Positions 60,507 to 64,000 of a DNA stretch of 64,000 nucleotides are shown one piece after another (the stretch's first letter is position 1; the number at the start of each line of letters is the position of its first letter). Origin of the DNA: an uncultured virus (IMG/VR IMGVR_UViG_3300025881_001848) (lineage: Duplodnaviria; Heunggongvirae; Uroviricota; Caudoviricetes). A program made the translations under genes and the position numbers. The DNA lies in IMG/VR virus record IMGVR_UViG_3300025881_001848. The stretch is one strand, 5' to 3'. Below the pieces are notes generated by a model that ran no database searches, was not told the origin of the DNA, and worked only from the letters and a program-made list of their open reading frames with translations.

Positions 60507-60911
60507 ATGAGTAGTTTACCCGTTTCACAAACTTTCACCCTCCGTCAATGGCAAGTTGCCTTAGCGTGTAATGTTGCCGGCCAATTAGGTATCACCCTTA
60601 TTAGCACGGACGGTACCGCTGTTGATGCTGTTGATGTTATCGCCGGCGATCCTAACGATGGTGACAGTGAATACGGTGAGCGATTTACCACAGAAGGTAT
60701 TGAGGCTGCGTATCAGAAAGACGATTCTATTGAGTACCCTCAGTTAAAAGAGTCAGTCACGATACAGGCGTTTAAAGTGGTGCTTATTGCAGATAGTGAT
60801 AACCATTTGAATGTGTATGTGACGCACGCAGACAAAGTCAGTTTGTTTACGGTTGATGATAAGCAAAATGACGCACAATCCCAATTTATTCGTACCTTTA
60901 AGGAAATATAA
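60507..60911 (+). CDS. hypothetical protein
   Basis: promoter 60450; GAGCACACAC-ATG. Confidence 0.75.
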   Translation: MSSLPVSQTFTLRQWQVALACNVAGQLGITLISTDGTAVDAVDVIAGDPNDGDSEYGERFTTEGIEAAYQKDDSIEYPQLKESVTIQAFKVVLIADSDNHLNVYVTHADKVSLFTVDDKQNDAQSQFIRTFKEI

Positions 60912-60914
60912 TTC

Positions 60915-61169
60915 ATGTCCAATAAAACATTTGAAGTGAAAGTGCCCGTATATGGCTATGTAACACTGCATATTGAAGCAGCTGACGCCCAGCAAGCGGG
61001 TGAAAAGGGGATGGAAGATTGCTTAAATATTAACACTGATTTAAGTGAAATGGAGAACGATTGCGATCAGCTTGAGTTGCTGCCCTATGAAAAATTAATT
61101 GAGGGTAACCGGTCATATGTCACGGAGAGTAAGTTGGTAGTGAGAGAGTTAGAAGATGAAGAGTGGTAA
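60915..61169 (+). CDS. acidic hypothetical protein
   Basis: AAGGA RBS. Confidence 0.75.
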   Translation: MSNKTFEVKVPVYGYVTLHIEAADAQQAGEKGMEDCLNINTDLSEMENDCDQLELLPYEKLIEGNRSYVTESKLVVRELEDEEW

Positions 61170-61346
61170 GCCGTTTCACTCTTGCAATAAAATATAAATG
61201 ATTGACAAAAAGGCGCGATAGTGTATACTGGTGTTATTGAGTTAGCACACTGATACACACTATTTACTGATTTAAGCCGAGGTGAGGGGAAACCCTTAAC
61301 TTACCCGACAGTCTGCCTTCGGGCAGACACCCCTTTCGTATGATGG

Positions 61347-61568
61347 ATGATGAAAATGAGCAATGAACTTGAAGTTACAGAAGAAACCACTGATAAGCGC
61401 CAAATGCTTGTCACGGGTGGTGGCATGTTCAGTAACTCGCAAACGGTCTTTTTTATTAGGGCTGGTCGAGTTGTAGATGTTGATAAATTATGTTCCATTA
61501 GAAAAGAAAAGGGTAAATTATTCCCAGCACCTCGCGTTAAGAAAAACGCAAGATTGCGCAGCCATTAA
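61347..61568 (+). CDS. hypothetical protein
   Basis: promoter 61202. Confidence 0.6.
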   Translation: MMKMSNELEVTEETTDKRQMLVTGGGMFSNSQTVFFIRAGRVVDVDKLCSIRKEKGKLFPAPRVKKNARLRSH

Positions 61569-61652
61569 CACTAACACGGCTATTAATCCCTTGCGTACAA
61601 TCCTAAAAAGCGCAATGATAAGGTTGAATTAACATAAGGCACCCTTCCTGCT

Positions 61653-62642
61653 ATGGCCAGAAAAAACAAACCCACTAAACGTGCAAAATTCAGGGTATAT
61701 TCCCGTTTTTGTAGCCTCATTGAAAAGTCAATGGCCAGCTCCCGAGTGCCCCCTGAAATGCGAAACTTAAAAGGTTGGCAAGCACTTCGAGCAATTTCAA
61801 AGATGAATGACGAGTTCGCCAGCCCGATTAATAAGCTCATTATGAGCGCAGAAGTCAATTGGGAAAGCACAGGCAGTCACGCACTGTTTGTTCAGCAAAG
61901 GGATATCGACGCCTTACTTGATGGTAAATATTCGCTTAACAAGCTCCCAGAGATGTTTACGCCCTATAAAGCGTTCACGTTGTGTTTGCCTGCTGAGTTT
62001 GAAGTAAAAGGCATTAAGCCTGGGGGCGTATTAGTGTCAACCTATCCAGACATGAGTGATTATAACGCCTGTCTACAGACCGTATTTGCTCACCTTGACA
62101 TGGAAGGTGTTGCGCCACCAGATGGATTGCAGCAAGGCAGTGACATCATGACGATTTCATATATGGACAGTGACGGTGCGCACAGTGTATTGAGTTATTA
62201 CGGTCGTGAGCTGGAAACTATCTTTAAGGCCAAAAGTTTCGCAGAGTATAAAAAATCCATTTATGACGTAGAGGGTATAACCCAAACAGAAGCTAACTTA
62301 AGTGATGATGAAAAAGAGCTGCAATATGTACTCATCAAGCTCATTGTATCATTATCTATTTTCGCGATGACCAAAACCAATGCGATCGTGGACGGGTTCC
62401 CCAAGGTAAAAGGTTTTGTGATGGATCATCCTTTTGGTGAAAAGGTACAATCCACTTCACTGACGACGCCGTTTAAAACGCGCAGTGTATCTGAACATCA
62501 TCGCTCGTGGTTTATTCGTCAATTATCTCATGAGAAGTACTATCAAGGGGATTATGCTAACTGGGCACCCAACAGCCGTTTTGTGTTTGTGGAAGATACC
62601 GTGGTAAATTCCAAAATCCACCCAAAGCATCTAGAGCGGTAG
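61653..62642 (+). CDS. hypothetical protein (329 aa)
   Basis: long ORF; C-terminal HHRSWFIRQL motif. Confidence 0.85.
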   Translation: MARKNKPTKRAKFRVYSRFCSLIEKSMASSRVPPEMRNLKGWQALRAISKMNDEFASPINKLIMSAEVNWESTGSHALFVQQRDIDALLDGKYSLNKLPEMFTPYKAFTLCLPAEFEVKGIKPGGVLVSTYPDMSDYNACLQTVFAHLDMEGVAPPDGLQQGSDIMTISYMDSDGAHSVLSYYGRELETIFKAKSFAEYKKSIYDVEGITQTEANLSDDEKELQYVLIKLIVSLSIFAMTKTNAIVDGFPKVKGFVMDHPFGEKVQSTSLTTPFKTRSVSEHHRSWFIRQLSHEKYYQGDYANWAPNSRFVFVEDTVVNSKIHPKHLER

Positions 62643-62709
62643 GCGTAGGATAAGTCATAAAAAGATTGACAAAAATCGTCATTCTGATAAGATAGACACA
62701 AGAGTAATA

Positions 62710-63156
62710 ATGCATAAGGTGGTTTCACCGGTGAAAAATGACAACCAAACGGTAAAGGTTGGCGACGAGGTCGTTGTGTTTACCAATTATGGTCGGGCAT
62801 CTACGCACGAGAAGGTTAAAAGTCTCGATAAGTGGGCGCTTGTCATGGAAAGCGGTGAAAAGTATTCCATATGGGATTTCCCCCGAAAATTCACCATTGC
62901 GGTTAAAGGATCTGATAGATATCGTGATGCGATAAGCGATCACCGTTGTAAAGTAATTATCGATATCCTTGGCAGCTCTGACGCCACGGAAAACCCGATT
63001 ATACTCAAAGCGCTTGAAGTATGCGCAGCACAGCTAGGCGAAGAGGAGCTTAGGCTACGTCATTCAAGGCTGATTTCTATGGGTGCCAGTCATACTGAGG
63101 ACGAACATGTGTACCGAAAGGGCACTATTGACAATATAAATGGAGAGGGTAAGTGA
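62710..63156 (+). CDS. hypothetical protein
   Basis: promoter 62666. Confidence 0.75.
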   Translation: MHKVVSPVKNDNQTVKVGDEVVVFTNYGRASTHEKVKSLDKWALVMESGEKYSIWDFPRKFTIAVKGSDRYRDAISDHRCKVIIDILGSSDATENPIILKALEVCAAQLGEEELRLRHSRLISMGASHTEDEHVYRKGTIDNINGEGK

Positions 63157-63177
63157 ACAATATAGGTAGCCAAAAAC

Positions 63178-63384
63178 ATGCGTAAGTATATTTTTCACGC
63201 TTATCTTGCCACACTATTGGTGATATGTTTCACATTCACCTATGCTGCCAGTATAGATGCATTAAATAATGGAATAGACAAGCACTGGGTGATTACCTGT
63301 GTAGGATTTGGAATAACGCTAATGCTACTATGTGGTGCGGCGGTCTACATGAGCACGCGTATTCGTGATGTAGATAAACTGTAA
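63178..63384 (+). CDS. small 2-TM protein
   Basis: two hydrophobic helices. Confidence 0.65.
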   Translation: MRKYIFHAYLATLLVICFTFTYAASIDALNNGIDKHWVITCVGFGITLMLLCGAAVYMSTRIRDVDKL

Positions 63385-63409
63385 TGGATTAACCTAAAGG
63401 TGTACGAAT

Positions 63410-63658
63410 ATGAGTGATCGAAAAAATCATGGCAATTCGGTAAACGCAAATTCAGCGATGATGGCTAAAGTGACGGTGTTCACTTTGGCTTTTATCTTTT
63501 TGTTTGTGGGGGTATTTAGTGTCGCAGTGCTGAGCGTAACGTGGACTAATTTATTGTCAGGGATGGGTATATTGCTTAGTATGACTGTTTTATTTATGGG
63601 TCTATCTTACGCTGCCAGCGCGTGCAAAAACATACTCACTGGCAGTACGGTAGAGTAA
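63410..63658 (+). CDS. small 2-TM protein
   Basis: two hydrophobic helices. Confidence 0.65.
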   Translation: MSDRKNHGNSVNANSAMMAKVTVFTLAFIFLFVGVFSVAVLSVTWTNLLSGMGILLSMTVLFMGLSYAASACKNILTGSTVE

Positions 63659-64000
63659 TGCTACTCGGTGAAAGGCTTGGTTATATCGTCGATAGCCGCG
63701 CCTAACTTATCCCAGTGTTCCTTAATTTGTTTAGGTGTGTATTGCTCACCTTGCATCATGGGGAATACCATATCATCAAGGGTTTTCTTGGCCTTTGCTT
63801 TATTGTCGAGCATAGTGTCGTAAGCTTGTGAAACATTCATGTGTGTTGCCTCTCAGTTAAACGATTTAACAATCAAGTTAGGTATTTTGTAATTAGCGTC
63901 TATTTCGATACCAATATTGTGTATTTGAGGGTTCTCATCTTCTATCATTTGCGCCAACTGGCGAAGATGTTCTACTAGCCATGTATTATCTGACCAATCT

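Noticed and set aside
1..64000. Integron cassette array, IS elements or phage structural module
   Set aside because: No attC sites, integrase, transposase, terminase, capsid or tail genes recognised; cassettes carry their own promoters.

Overview
AT-rich, gene-dense region from a large mobile replicon of a marine gammaproteobacterium. It is either a jumbo-phage early region or a phage-like megaplasmid; no virion, replicase, integrase or conjugation genes were recognised, so this cannot be settled here. It is built from about 50 near-identical expression cassettes: AAATGATTGACA, usually a 16-bp spacer carrying a TCA-WWW-TGA dyad, a -10 box, a short leader with a CACACACA motif beside the RBS, 1-4 small hypothetical ORFs, and often a terminator. 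Recognisable genes: class Ia nrdB and nrdA (about 43 kb apart, opposite strands), ssb, a SET-domain protein, an RMF-like mini-protein, a glycine-zipper lipoprotein and nine PEP-CTERM-type paralogs, most with a different upstream motif (TRTGATARGTTT). The two strongest novel signals: (1) an array of eight hairpins at 36142-36454 with variable compensated stems and an invariant UGUGUGUG loop, the exact complement of the CACACACA leader motif, suggesting a multivalent RNA regulator of the whole regulon; (2) a stand-alone ~150-nt RNA at 23715-23863 made of two tRNA-Glu-like units with swapped acceptor strands and collapsed anticodon arms. All pairings, counts and family calls were made by eye.
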